64,000 nt of DNA, taken from Candidatus Levybacteria bacterium RIFCSPHIGHO2_01_FULL_37_17 (GTDB taxonomy: Bacteria > Patescibacteriota > Microgenomatia > Levybacterales > UBA12049). Numbering within the stretch: the stretch's first letter is position 1; each line of letters begins with the position of its first letter. Below are positions 9,259-19,171 of this stretch, in pieces. A model generated the notes under the pieces. That model was not told the origin of the DNA, ran no database searches, and was given only the letters and a program-made list of their open reading frames with translations. Location: assembly GCA_001782035.1 (NCBI GenBank), contig MFNL01000001.1, forward strand, positions 2,643 through 66,642, in the 5' to 3' direction. A program made the translations under genes and the position numbers.

Positions 9259-9529
9259 CGGGTTTGAGATCTGGTTTTTGATTTTTTATCTCTTTCAACT
9301 TCCATAAAAACAGTGCAATTTTGTTGTCCGCGTTGCTGTCTTTTACGAAAGAAAGACACTGTTCAAGAACCGAGCGGTGATTAATTTTGGCAAGCCTAAT
9401 CCACATTCCTCTGTTTTTGTAGTCTTCCATTTCCTCCGCCAGCCAAATTCCAAATTGCTGAAAATCCCGCGATATATATTTGTCTTGCAGCGGATTAAAG
9501 CTTTTGAGAACTTGTTTAACTGACTTCAT
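9236..9529 (-). CDS. Hypothetical protein
   Basis: 97-aa ORF, co-oriented with and overlapping the next gene, TATAAT upstream. Confidence 0.7.
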   Translation of the reverse strand: MKSVKQVLKSFNPLQDKYISRDFQQFGIWLAEEMEDYKNRGMWIRLAKINHRSVLEQCLSFVKDSNADNKIALFLWKLKEIKNQKPDLKPDDKSFQK

Positions 9530-9546
9530 CCTTAAATTATAGCAGA

Positions 9547-10164
9547 CTATTTTGTGTTAAATTGGTTCATTGCGGATTGGATGTTTTTTTCTAAAGCAGC
9601 AGTTAAAGCTTGCGTTGCTCTTTTTACTAAATGTTTAACATCTCGGCTTTCTCCTCTTTGAAAAGTGTCCAAAACAAAATCGGATACATTTTTAAATTTA
9701 TGGTTTGCTATTTCAGCGTGCTTTTTCGAAGCACCAATTCCTAATCTAAATCTCCAAAATTTATCAGTTCCTAGGGACGAAATTATAGAATTTATACCGT
9801 GATGTCCGGCTCCGCTCCCACCCAGTCTTATTTTCATATATCCAAGTGGCAAATCGAGCTCATCTTGAACTATCCAAATATCAGATGGAGTGATTTTATA
9901 GAAACTTTTAAGAAGTGACACTGCCATTCCGCTATTGTTCATATATGTATGAGGTTTTGCAAATATTACTTTTTCGGCTGTTCCTTTTTTGGGAGTCCAA
10001 TCCATAATAAAGATTTCGCTTTTAAGCTTCGCGTTTTTATCCCACTTGGTTTTTGAAACAGTTTGTGAATCTTTGAGCAATTGATCAAGCACAATAAATC
10101 CAAGATTATGTCTTGTTTTTTCATACTTTTCCCCCGGATTTCCTAAGCCAACAATAAGTTTCAT
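9547..10164 (-). CDS. pth: Peptidyl-tRNA hydrolase
   Basis: LIVGLGNPG..Y.KTRHNLG, TYMNNSG, DELDLP.G, GHHG. Confidence 0.97.
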   Translation of the reverse strand: MKLIVGLGNPGEKYEKTRHNLGFIVLDQLLKDSQTVSKTKWDKNAKLKSEIFIMDWTPKKGTAEKVIFAKPHTYMNNSGMAVSLLKSFYKITPSDIWIVQDELDLPLGYMKIRLGGSGAGHHGINSIISSLGTDKFWRFRLGIGASKKHAEIANHKFKNVSDFVLDTFQRGESRDVKHLVKRATQALTAALEKNIQSAMNQFNTK

Positions 10165-10778
10165 GAATGTAGGATACTAGAAACTTCGCTGTTTGTCACT
10201 TGAGGAAAATTTTGATAAAACTCCGACACTGCATAAAAATCCTTTGGTTTTTCCAAGTAAAACAAGCCATCAAAGTATCTTTTAATATCTCTTAGAGTAT
10301 CAGACGCAATTATGGGGGTGGCTAAATAAATTTTATTTACTTTGCTTTTCCTTAGAAATTCTTGTGAAGCAATAACAGTTGCGCCGGTTGCTACCCCATC
10401 ATCTGCCAAAATTACATTTTTGAAATATTTAAATTCTGGTATTTGCAGCTGTTTTTCAAGAATTTTTATTTCAGCCATTTTGGAATCTACTAAATAGTTC
10501 TTCTGTTTTTTACTTATTCTAAGTTTTTTTACTAAATCGGAATTCCAGTAAACATTCTTTCTGCCAACCATTGCGCCAATTGCCAGCTCGGAATTCCCAG
10601 GCGCTCCTATCTTTTTAACGATTAGGGGTTGAATTGGTAACAGAAGAAATTCCGAAATAACTTTTGCGGTAACTATTCCTCCCCGCAATAAGCCCAGTAC
10701 ACAAGTATCTGTGCTTTGCTCAAATTGTTTAAGCTTAGAGAGTAGTTTTTGGGCAGCATCTACTCTGCCGGCAAACAT
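10161..10778 (-). CDS. Phosphoribosyltransferase family protein
   Basis: RGG, KIGAPGNSELAIGA, VILADDGVATGAT PRPP loop. Confidence 0.88.
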   Translation of the reverse strand: MFAGRVDAAQKLLSKLKQFEQSTDTCVLGLLRGGIVTAKVISEFLLLPIQPLIVKKIGAPGNSELAIGAMVGRKNVYWNSDLVKKLRISKKQKNYLVDSKMAEIKILEKQLQIPEFKYFKNVILADDGVATGATVIASQEFLRKSKVNKIYLATPIIASDTLRDIKRYFDGLFYLEKPKDFYAVSEFYQNFPQVTNSEVSSILHS

Positions 10779-10786
10779 GCTTTAGT

Positions 10787-11269
10787 TTACTTATAACTTG
10801 ATTTAACCTGGAATAAGAAATACAGCTCTATTAAAAACCAGACAACCGCCATAACCAAGCCCACAACGCTAAAATAAAATAAGGTATTTCCAACTGCCGT
10901 ACTAATTAACCCTAGAACTAATACCCAAAACATTAAATTCCAACCGCTAAGAGCTCGTTTTTGCAAAGGCCTAAACGCTAAAAGCAAAAGTACCCCGCTT
11001 GCCAAGCCTAAAACTGTCGTGATTAAACCAAACCCTGCAAGGCTTACTGTGGCAGCACTTCCTGCTAAAGGAGCTAATACTCCTAGTGCTCCAAAGCCAA
11101 GCAGTGACACCGCAAATCCTAAAACTGAAAGTACCCCAAGAATTACTGCAACCCATGGAGCAACCATTACGATAAAATCTTTAACACCAGCCGGAAGACT
11201 GGGTGCTTTTGCATATACGTCTTCAAGCGGTTTAATCAACTGTTTTGTTTGTGCGTCTAATGCGTCCAT
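10787..11269 (-). CDS. Four-TM membrane protein
   Basis: Hydrophobic ORF; SD AAGGAGGTGA places the start at ATG 11269. Confidence 0.75.
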   Translation of the reverse strand: MDALDAQTKQLIKPLEDVYAKAPSLPAGVKDFIVMVAPWVAVILGVLSVLGFAVSLLGFGALGVLAPLAGSAATVSLAGFGLITTVLGLASGVLLLLAFRPLQKRALSGWNLMFWVLVLGLISTAVGNTLFYFSVVGLVMAVVWFLIELYFLFQVKSSYK

Positions 11270-11316
11270 TTTTATCACCTCCTTTTTTAATTACAATAAC
11301 TTTATACTTTAGTTTT

Positions 11317-12663
11317 CTAAAAGTCAATGCCAAGCTGTGAACTACTTTTATCTTGCGCAACAGAAGAGGCATCGTTCCAGATTTTTACTACCCCATACTG
11401 ACCATCAAAGCCTGGGGAAATATCTATGTTTCCTTTTTTTACTTTTTGTAGTCCTTCTGCAACTTTTTCTCCTGCTTCTTTTTGGATACTTAAGCTGTCG
11501 ACCCTGAGTAAAACATTCAGCTCATTTCCAAATGTAAGAGTTAATTTATCATAAAGTTCCTTAACTCTTAAAGAGGCAACTGTTAAACCTAGGGACTCTG
11601 CGATTATTTCATTTAAGGGAACAAGTTTTACGAATGGGGGGTGTATTTTTTTAGGATCTAAAATCCACTTTACCCCGTTTGAATTAGATTTAATTAGCTC
11701 TTTCCCAAAATCTTTTTTAGATAGCTCCTCAACCCTGTGCATTACCCCAACAGTTAATGGCTTTTTGCACACCGGACATATTGTCCCATTCTTTCGGGTT
11801 TGTTCTGGTGTTTGCACAAACTGGCAGTTACGGTGCCCTGTAAAATGGTATTTCCCCTCTTCCGGATAAAATTCTACTGTATAGCCGATTTTGAGCTTTG
11901 CACTTTTATCTTGTTTTATAGCTGCTGTGATATCCCCGTAGGTCATATTCTGAATTTTGAACTTTGAATTCTCGGCTGTGTTTTTTGGAGCAAAAACTGT
12001 CGCTTCTCTCCCCATTTTTGCAGGAGAATGTGCATCGGAAAAAGATAGAATAGTGCGAGTTTCAAGCTCATCTATTTGCCAGTTCATATAGGGGTCAGAG
12101 GACAAGCCTGTTTCAACGGCATAAATTTGTTTGGCATACTTTCCAAAACACTCTTCTATGGAGTCAAACCCGGAGTTTGAGCCATATAAAGAAAACCATG
12201 GCGTCCAGGCATGACATGGAATAATCATGGCCTTCTCATCAATTGAAAAAACTAACTCAGTTAACGCTTCAGAGGTTAGCCCAATTATAGGGCGGCCGTC
12301 AGAATTTAAATTGCATCCTCTTTTTACAAGTTCTGCCCTTATTTTCTCGCTTGTTGAAATACTAGGAGAGAAAATTAAATTATGGATTCTTCGTACCTTT
12401 CCGCCTTGTGTGTAAATACTCGAAACTTCAACAGATAAAAGAAATAGCGTATTGCTGTTGTTTTTAAGCTTGAATAAACCGCTTTCCACTTCTTGTAGCT
12501 GCTGTTCTATTTCGCGAAGCCATAATGGGTGCGTCCAGTCACCGGTTGAAAGTAAATTCAACCCTTTTTTTTCAGCCCAAAGTGCCATTGTTTCTAAATT
12601 CATGTCGCGGGATACGGCTCTTGAGTACTTGGAGTGTAAATGGAGATCAGCAACAATTTCCAT
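11317..12663 (-). CDS. Endonuclease Q family (PHP domain plus Zn finger)
   Basis: DLHLHSKYS, TGDWTHP, PCHAWTPW, ETGLSSDP, SFSDAHS, GKYH..GHR.C, CPVC, PGFDGQYG. Confidence 0.9.
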   Translation of the reverse strand: MEIVADLHLHSKYSRAVSRDMNLETMALWAEKKGLNLLSTGDWTHPLWLREIEQQLQEVESGLFKLKNNSNTLFLLSVEVSSIYTQGGKVRRIHNLIFSPSISTSEKIRAELVKRGCNLNSDGRPIIGLTSEALTELVFSIDEKAMIIPCHAWTPWFSLYGSNSGFDSIEECFGKYAKQIYAVETGLSSDPYMNWQIDELETRTILSFSDAHSPAKMGREATVFAPKNTAENSKFKIQNMTYGDITAAIKQDKSAKLKIGYTVEFYPEEGKYHFTGHRNCQFVQTPEQTRKNGTICPVCKKPLTVGVMHRVEELSKKDFGKELIKSNSNGVKWILDPKKIHPPFVKLVPLNEIIAESLGLTVASLRVKELYDKLTLTFGNELNVLLRVDSLSIQKEAGEKVAEGLQKVKKGNIDISPGFDGQYGVVKIWNDASSVAQDKSSSQLGIDF

Positions 12664-12703
12664 ACCGCCATTTTAACACAAACAACTTTGTTATAATCTT
12701 ATT

Positions 12704-13636
12704 ATGAAAGCATTTGAAGTAAGGGCAAATGGAAAAGTTCTAGATTATAGATTAGGGAAAGATTTGGATTTAGAGGAGGTTGGAAAATTTTTCAGAAAAA
12801 ACTACAACGTAAAAAAAATTTGGCAGGAAAAAAGACACGTTGTGGGAATTTTAGAAAAAAACAACGTTCATTACTTTTTGAAGCTGGCGCCCACAGAGGG
12901 AATTTCGGTTGTTACACAAATCGAGGCAGACTGGAATGATGAATTTAATAAGTTAGTTGCAAGGACTACAGAGTTTTGGGTTCCAAATAATTTTGATAGG
13001 GGCTTTTATAAGCAAGGACTTTTTTATCTTATTACTGACTATTTTGAGGGAGAGCTTTTGGCTAAAAGACCAACGCCTGAAAAGATTGAGCAAATCTTAA
13101 TCGAAGATCTGCCCAAAATAATAGAGTTCGGCGAATTAATCCAAAATTTGAATTTAACAATTCAAGGATTATCACAAAGAGAAAATGAAAGTTTTTTAGA
13201 CAGAACAAAATCCTGGTTTAACGAAGTCCCACAAAAAGTTGTTAAGGAATATGGTGTCGGCTCCCTACTTAACTTAGTTGAGAACAATTACCTTAAACTG
13301 GCTAAAAAGCCGCGGCATGGAGATTTTACTCCTTGGCATATGTTTAGATTAAAAAATAACAAACTGGGCTTGATTGACGGCGAGCATGCTATGAAAAATG
13401 GCGTACAATATTACGATTTAGGATATTTAATTCAGAGAGTTTATTCTGTAATGGAAAATCCGGCATTTGCTCAAACTATTCTTGAAGAGCTGCTTAAAAT
13501 AGGTTACGATTTGGAAAAATTAAAAGTAGTTTTAGCAGCCCGGGCGATTGGGGGATTTTGCGATGAAACACTGATTCGTAAAGAGCACGACTACGAGCGA
13601 GCAAACAAATTTAAAGAATGGGTTTTGGCATTATAG
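12704..13636 (+). CDS. Aminoglycoside phosphotransferase/choline kinase-like protein
   Basis: YFLK, HGDFTPWH, LIDGE motifs. Confidence 0.75.
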   Translation: MKAFEVRANGKVLDYRLGKDLDLEEVGKFFRKNYNVKKIWQEKRHVVGILEKNNVHYFLKLAPTEGISVVTQIEADWNDEFNKLVARTTEFWVPNNFDRGFYKQGLFYLITDYFEGELLAKRPTPEKIEQILIEDLPKIIEFGELIQNLNLTIQGLSQRENESFLDRTKSWFNEVPQKVVKEYGVGSLLNLVENNYLKLAKKPRHGDFTPWHMFRLKNNKLGLIDGEHAMKNGVQYYDLGYLIQRVYSVMENPAFAQTILEELLKIGYDLEKLKVVLAARAIGGFCDETLIRKEHDYERANKFKEWVLAL

Positions 13637-13702
13637 AGCTTCCCCTTGACAAGAACAAAATTTCGTGAAAATATAACTATAGGCAGTATTTATTACGTAT
13701 TG

Positions 13703-14011
13703 ATGCTTGGCCGACGTATTGAAGAACAATCTAAAATTAGAATTTATACCGAAGAAGACGTAACTAAGGCGATGCTCAATTTTACTGGCCACGACATTAA
13801 ACCCCCCGATGATTTAATTGTAAGCTATGTTCCTTATTCAAGTTTAAAGTTAAAACCTTGGAAAGAAATAGAAGCTATGAATGCAGAAAATGCTTTAAGA
13901 CTACAAAACCAACCGGTTACAATTTTCGAAGCGCCAAGACCAATGCTTGAGGCTATACGTAGTAGATTTAGAAAAACAGCCTTAGTGTTCCTTGCGGGTA
14001 ATCATCGGTAA
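13703..14011 (+). CDS. Hypothetical orphan protein
   Basis: The ORF-track start at 13646 lies in a TTGACA promoter element; likely start ATG 13703. Confidence 0.45.
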   Translation: MLGRRIEEQSKIRIYTEEDVTKAMLNFTGHDIKPPDDLIVSYVPYSSLKLKPWKEIEAMNAENALRLQNQPVTIFEAPRPMLEAIRSRFRKTALVFLAGNHR

Positions 14012-14044
14012 GCACTTTCCTTGTTGTGGAAAAACTGCTATAAG

Positions 14045-15772
14045 CTACTTCTTTTTATACTGATTTTCATAGAGTCTTTTAATTTCACTAACCTGCGTTG
14101 CATCCTCTGCGCTCTTATCTTTACCTCGAAAAGAGACCAGTCGTGGAAATCTTAGCGCAAAACCTAACTCACTTTCTGTTTTACCAGCTGTGTGTAAAGG
14201 AGAGCGAGTTATTTCATCGGCCAAAACTTCTATTACAATTTCTGGTGCAATCCAAACAGATGGAACAATAAGACTATTTACTCGAGCTGGTTTATGATCT
14301 ACCTTTATTTTATCTGCTCTCTTGTGGATTTCTTTCCACTCCTCATCTGTTAACCCCGTGCCAATTCTTGAAATTGAAACGAATTCGTCTTTGTCCTTTT
14401 CGTAAACTCCAACCAAAAGTGCCCCTGCTCCGAAAGCAGTTCGCTTGCCGCGCCCGGCAATATAGCCTAGTATCACGCAATCAATTGTGTCGGATAACTC
14501 CCCATCGGAGTGTCTTTTTAACTTTACCCAATTAAAGTTGCGGCCACCTGCCTCATACGGGCTTTGCAGCTTCTTAACTACCAAACCTTCCAAACCTTTT
14601 GAAATAGCGTCTTCAAGAAGAATTGAAAGCTCTTTTGGATCTCCAACTGTCTGATTTTTGGTACGAATCAAAACTCCGTCCTCTTTTATGGTTTCTTTAA
14701 GTATTTTGATGCGCTCTGTTAATGGTTTATCTAAAAGCTGCTTACCATCTTTATATAAAATGTCAAAAACAAATGCCTTTAGGGGAAGTTTAATCGCAGC
14801 TTCCTCGATTCCATGTTTTCTTCGCCTTTTGGTAGTCTCTTGAAAGGGCAAGAATTCTTCGGAATCAGGATTATAAGCAAGAGCCTCGGTGTCTAATATT
14901 GCCGTTTTTGCTTTCACCTGTGAAAGTGCTCCTTTAATGAGCTCCGGAAACATATGCGTCATCTCCTCTAAATTTCTTGAAAACATCCGTACTGTATCCC
15001 CGTCTTTATGGATTTGAACCCGAAAGCCATCATATTTATACTGAACGTCAACTTGGCCCATTTTTTCAATTACCTTTTCCGCTGTCGGAAGGCGTTCACA
15101 AAGTTCAGATCTTATTGGAGAACCTACTCTTACTTGCAGTTTTTCAACTGACCCTAGCCCTTTTTCCCACAAAGTTTTAGCAATCAGGCCTAAATCCGAA
15201 GTCCTGTTGTACGCTCCTTCAAGAAGTTTTCTCTTGGATTTGTCTCCCAATTTTGCTGTAGCTAGTGCATCAAGAATTGTAGGATCCCCAATTCCGAGTC
15301 TCGTGTTTCCAAGCGGAATTCTTACAAGATGCTTTGCCGATACTGCATCCACTTTTTTTAGTAATCCAGAAAGAAGCGCTTGTCTTTTTTCAACTGTCCC
15401 CTCACCCTTTGTTTTTGCAATCTCCCTTAAAGTCTCAAAAGCTTCCGATACTGTTAAGTTAGAGCTCTTTGAGGTTTTGGCAAGCTCATATGCAGTTTTA
15501 CCCATGTCCCCCAATTTGTTAAACAAACTTAGCACTTTTTCTTTATTAGAACCGTACGCGTTTGCAAGTGCTGCTGCAACGCTTTTTTCAGCCATCCCAA
15601 TTTCGGTTGCTTCAAAAAATGGGGCAATTCTTCCTTGAATTAAATAAACTATTTTTTCAATTTCAGAAGCCGGTGTTTCTTTAAAAAGTTGGGACAAAAT
15701 TTCTATTAAAGAAAGCCGCGAAGACGTTTCTTCAAGTTTTTCTAAATATTGTGTAAATTTACTAAATTTCAT
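14045..15772 (-). CDS. lig: ATP-dependent DNA ligase (archaeal/eukaryotic type, with N-terminal DNA-binding domain)
   Basis: YKYDGFRVQIH, FSR, EGLVVK, WVKLK, ALRFPR. Confidence 0.95.
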   Translation of the reverse strand: MKFSKFTQYLEKLEETSSRLSLIEILSQLFKETPASEIEKIVYLIQGRIAPFFEATEIGMAEKSVAAALANAYGSNKEKVLSLFNKLGDMGKTAYELAKTSKSSNLTVSEAFETLREIAKTKGEGTVEKRQALLSGLLKKVDAVSAKHLVRIPLGNTRLGIGDPTILDALATAKLGDKSKRKLLEGAYNRTSDLGLIAKTLWEKGLGSVEKLQVRVGSPIRSELCERLPTAEKVIEKMGQVDVQYKYDGFRVQIHKDGDTVRMFSRNLEEMTHMFPELIKGALSQVKAKTAILDTEALAYNPDSEEFLPFQETTKRRRKHGIEEAAIKLPLKAFVFDILYKDGKQLLDKPLTERIKILKETIKEDGVLIRTKNQTVGDPKELSILLEDAISKGLEGLVVKKLQSPYEAGGRNFNWVKLKRHSDGELSDTIDCVILGYIAGRGKRTAFGAGALLVGVYEKDKDEFVSISRIGTGLTDEEWKEIHKRADKIKVDHKPARVNSLIVPSVWIAPEIVIEVLADEITRSPLHTAGKTESELGFALRFPRLVSFRGKDKSAEDATQVSEIKRLYENQYKKK

Positions 15773-15773
15773 A

Positions 15774-16835
15774 TTATGCCATTATATACTTTGCGCCTTT
15801 TGTAACCCCATGTTTTTTAATTATTCCAACTTTTAGTAGTGCTTTGAGCTCGTTTAAAATTGTGTCCTCGGAAATCATGGGAAACAAGCTTTCAAAAGCT
15901 TGATTCTGCAAATATCCCACTTTTTGGATATATTCTATGATTTTAAGCTGCCTAGGGGTTAGCAAAATTGGTGACCCACCTAACTTCTCTTTGAGCTTCG
16001 CATCAATTGAAATTGTTTCTACTTTTTCCCTTATTTTTAATAGTTCGTATGATAGGCCCAGCGTATAGTATTCAAGCCATTTTGTTAAATCGCCCTCTGA
16101 TTTTTCAACACTTTGCAAAGCTTCGTAATACTTAAGAGCATCTTTGTCAAAATATTCTTCCAAAGAGAAAAAGCGTCGAATGTCATATCCTTCCAAAAAT
16201 AATATTAGGGTTGCAAAAGCGCGAGCCACTCTTCCATTTCCATCCAAGAAGGGATGAATTCTTACGAATTCGTAATGAACAATTCCAGACTCCAAAACCG
16301 GATGAATATCCTGTTCTTCTGAGCTTTCTGTAAACTCCAATAGATCTTTAATTTGGAATGAAACAGCAACTGCCATTGGGGGCCTAAATGAAATTTCTCC
16401 GGTTTGAGAGTTTTTAACAACCACCTGGGTTTTTCTGTACACTCCGCATTGCGCTTCCGGCAAAATTTTATTAACCGTCATTTTATGAAGTTCCTTAATT
16501 AAATCTTGATCTATTTTTACTTCTGCATCCTGCATTCTTAAATTTTCTATGTACCCCAGTACTTTTCTATAATTTATAACCTCCTGTACATCTCTTTCGC
16601 GTGCTGCAACATTCTGCCCCATCAAAACTTTTTCCGCCTCTGTAAAATTAAGTTCGTTTCCCTCGATATGGGTTCCGTAATGAACACTTCGAACAAGTGC
16701 GTCTTCTCTAAATTCCTTTTCAAAATAGGGCAAAAGAGGTGCGTGGTCTATTATTTCTTTGGATGCTTCGATGCTTCCAATATTTTTGAGGATCTGGTTG
16801 CTAATATAAAATTTAGGCTTGTACATGCGTAACAA
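15774..16835 (-). CDS. Fic family protein with C-terminal HTH
   Basis: HPFLDGNGRVAR Fic motif; N-terminal GTHIEGN inhibitory-helix motif. Confidence 0.92.
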   Translation of the reverse strand: MLRMYKPKFYISNQILKNIGSIEASKEIIDHAPLLPYFEKEFREDALVRSVHYGTHIEGNELNFTEAEKVLMGQNVAARERDVQEVINYRKVLGYIENLRMQDAEVKIDQDLIKELHKMTVNKILPEAQCGVYRKTQVVVKNSQTGEISFRPPMAVAVSFQIKDLLEFTESSEEQDIHPVLESGIVHYEFVRIHPFLDGNGRVARAFATLILFLEGYDIRRFFSLEEYFDKDALKYYEALQSVEKSEGDLTKWLEYYTLGLSYELLKIREKVETISIDAKLKEKLGGSPILLTPRQLKIIEYIQKVGYLQNQAFESLFPMISEDTILNELKALLKVGIIKKHGVTKGAKYIMA

Positions 16836-16882
16836 TTAACGCATAATTCCCGAAAAAAGTCAATTGTGATATAATTTTACCT

Positions 16883-17143
16883 ATGGCAAAGGAAACCGCT
16901 AGGGAGAAGAAGCTGCATAAAGAATTGGTTAGCCAAATGCTAACTTTGGCGACAAGCGGGTTTGGATTAGTTGCGGCACTCGCTTGGAATAGCTTAATTC
17001 AGGAGTTTGTTGCAACTTATGTAAAGAAGTTTTTGCCCAATGGAAGCGGAATAATTTCTCTTTTAATTTATGCTCTAATTGTTACAATTTTAGCAGTGAC
17101 TATAACCTACCAGCTTTCAAAGTTGAAGGATAAATTTGAATAA
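16883..17143 (+). CDS. DUF5654-like small membrane protein
   Basis: TSGFGLVAALAWN motif, two TMs. Confidence 0.8.
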   Translation: MAKETAREKKLHKELVSQMLTLATSGFGLVAALAWNSLIQEFVATYVKKFLPNGSGIISLLIYALIVTILAVTITYQLSKLKDKFE

Positions 17144-17332
17144 CTAGGAATTAATTCTATCCAACCTGTCTATAATACTTGATCCTCCTTGATACCAATT
17201 TTCTATTCTCCTTGCAAGTTTTATGCCGCTGAAATGTCTCTCGCCGGTTGCGTTATTGTAGCTTGCGCACGCTTCCTGGCAATCTAATTTAACTCTCGAT
17301 GACTTGGGTAAAGAATCTCTTCTTTCTATCGT
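17144..17332 (-). pseudogene. 62-codon ORF with ACG in the start position (mutated or non-canonical start)
   Basis: TTGACT-18-TACTAT promoter, SD GGGGTG, then ACG-ATA-GAA-AGA-AGA (xIERR) open to TAG at 17144. Confidence 0.4.
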
Positions 17333-17393
17333 ATTTCCTCACCCCATTTCCCTACCACTTTAATAGTAGTCCCATTTTTTCACAAAAGTCAAA

Positions 17394-18098
17394 TCAAAGA
17401 GTCTCCAAAAACCAGTTAACAACTTTATCATCTGACTCTTTCTTAAGCTTCGGAATTTCTGAAATAGAATGAGATGCTCCTTTTAAAACAAACATTTCTT
17501 TCTTTATTGCATGTACCGCACTTGTTAGATAATTCTTTACTACCCATGGTTTGACAACTTCGTCTTTTTCATTTTTTATTATTAGAAGATTGCCTTTAAA
17601 CTTAGAGATTCCCTTATATGCAATAGAACTTAACCACTCTTCTCTTGAAAAATCCAATTCCTCAATGCTGTCGACATATGTATCCAAAGTTTCATCAGGG
17701 TAAACTGCCGGAGCTCTAAAAACAATTGATTTTATATGGTATTCTCCGGCTATTACAGCTCCAACAAACCCTCCAAAACTTGAACCAAAAATTCCAACTC
17801 TGTCCTTATCAACATTTTGTTTCAGTAAAAATTCTAAACCACCCCGTGCATCGTCAATCCCCATTCTTTGAGTTCCTTCTTCAAGTATTCCGTCGCTTTC
17901 GCCACATCCCCGAAAATCAAAGGCAAAAGCCATAATTCCATTTTTAGAAAGTTTCTTGCTTAAGTCTAAGTATCGACCTCTGCTAGAGCCTCTACCGTGA
18001 TAAATAACAACAGAAGGAAATGGACCTCTACCTTTTGGCGTAAAAAGTGAGCCTACTAAATTTAAAGCCCCTACTTTAAATTCAACTTTCTTTTCCAT
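17394..18098 (-). CDS. Alpha/beta hydrolase
   Basis: HG, DFRGCGES, GSSFGG nucleophile, D..V, ASH. Confidence 0.9.
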   Translation of the reverse strand: MEKKVEFKVGALNLVGSLFTPKGRGPFPSVVIYHGRGSSRGRYLDLSKKLSKNGIMAFAFDFRGCGESDGILEEGTQRMGIDDARGGLEFLLKQNVDKDRVGIFGSSFGGFVGAVIAGEYHIKSIVFRAPAVYPDETLDTYVDSIEELDFSREEWLSSIAYKGISKFKGNLLIIKNEKDEVVKPWVVKNYLTSAVHAIKKEMFVLKGASHSISEIPKLKKESDDKVVNWFLETL

Positions 18099-18102
18099 AA
18101 TT

Positions 18103-19149
18103 TTATAACTTTATTACTTTCATCTTTTTAAGATATTTTGCAGATACGAATTCTTTGTGAGTTGTAGAAATTATTGTCTGTTGTTTACCCATCTGTTCCA
18201 AAATAAGCTTAATATGACCGCTATCAAGTTCGGAAAATATATCATCCAGTATTAAAAGCGGCTTTTTGCCTAAGACTTTTTCTACGTACTCAAGCTCCAA
18301 ACTTTTAAGCTGTAAAACAGCTAATCTTTGTTGCCCTCTGCTTCCAAAGTATCTTACATCGTGAAGATCGTGGTTCTTCATAAGTAACGAAAAATCGTCT
18401 CTGTGCGGCCCAACCAAAGTTACACCTGCTGCAAGCTCTTCCCTTTCGTATTGCAAAAGTCGAGACTCTGAAATTTCACTTTTATCGTAATTTACTTTAA
18501 ACTCGAAAATATCTTTGGGAGAACTATTCACAAACTCAATAAATTCTCCACGTTTCTTAGTAATAATTTGTCCGTTTTCTATGATCTGATTGTCCCAGTA
18601 CTCAAATTGTTTTATAACTTTCGAGCCTGAATCGCGAGCTACTTCAAGTAGCGCATTTCGCTGTCTTAATGCTTTAATATATGCAATATTTGCAATTCTG
18701 TAGTCTCTGCCTACCTGCTCTAAAACATTGTTTAAAAACTCCCGCCGCAAGGTTGGCGAATCCACAATAATGTCTAAGTCTTGAGGTGAAAATAAAACTG
18801 CCGGCAAGTTTCCTTCAAAATCTACTCTTCTTTTAGCAACTCCGTTGAGTAAAAATTTTTTAAATTGAGATTTGTTTCCACCTAAGTTTCCGTTTGTCAG
18901 AATTACTTCGAGTTCTAGTTCTGAATCTTCTAGACTAGCTTTTACTCTTCCGATTTCTTTCCCAAAATAAATCATTTGCGGGTCTTTGTCCGCTCTGTTG
19001 CTTTTCCCCGTTGAAATTAAAAAAATAGCCTCGAGCAGATTGCTTTTTCCGGCAGTATTTGGTCCAACAATTAATGTTGAGGTGGGTGAAAACTCAAAAT
19101 CCGCCTTTTTATAACTTCGGAAATTTTGGAGGTAAATACTCTTAAGCAT
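18103..19149 (-). CDS. recF: DNA replication and repair protein RecF
   Basis: NFRSY, GPNTAGKSN, GPHRDD, GSRGQQR, LDDIFSELD. Confidence 0.96.
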   Translation of the reverse strand: MLKSIYLQNFRSYKKADFEFSPTSTLIVGPNTAGKSNLLEAIFLISTGKSNRADKDPQMIYFGKEIGRVKASLEDSELELEVILTNGNLGGNKSQFKKFLLNGVAKRRVDFEGNLPAVLFSPQDLDIIVDSPTLRREFLNNVLEQVGRDYRIANIAYIKALRQRNALLEVARDSGSKVIKQFEYWDNQIIENGQIITKKRGEFIEFVNSSPKDIFEFKVNYDKSEISESRLLQYEREELAAGVTLVGPHRDDFSLLMKNHDLHDVRYFGSRGQQRLAVLQLKSLELEYVEKVLGKKPLLILDDIFSELDSGHIKLILEQMGKQQTIISTTHKEFVSAKYLKKMKVIKL

Positions 19150-19171
19150 GAATGCTGTTATTCTACCACAG

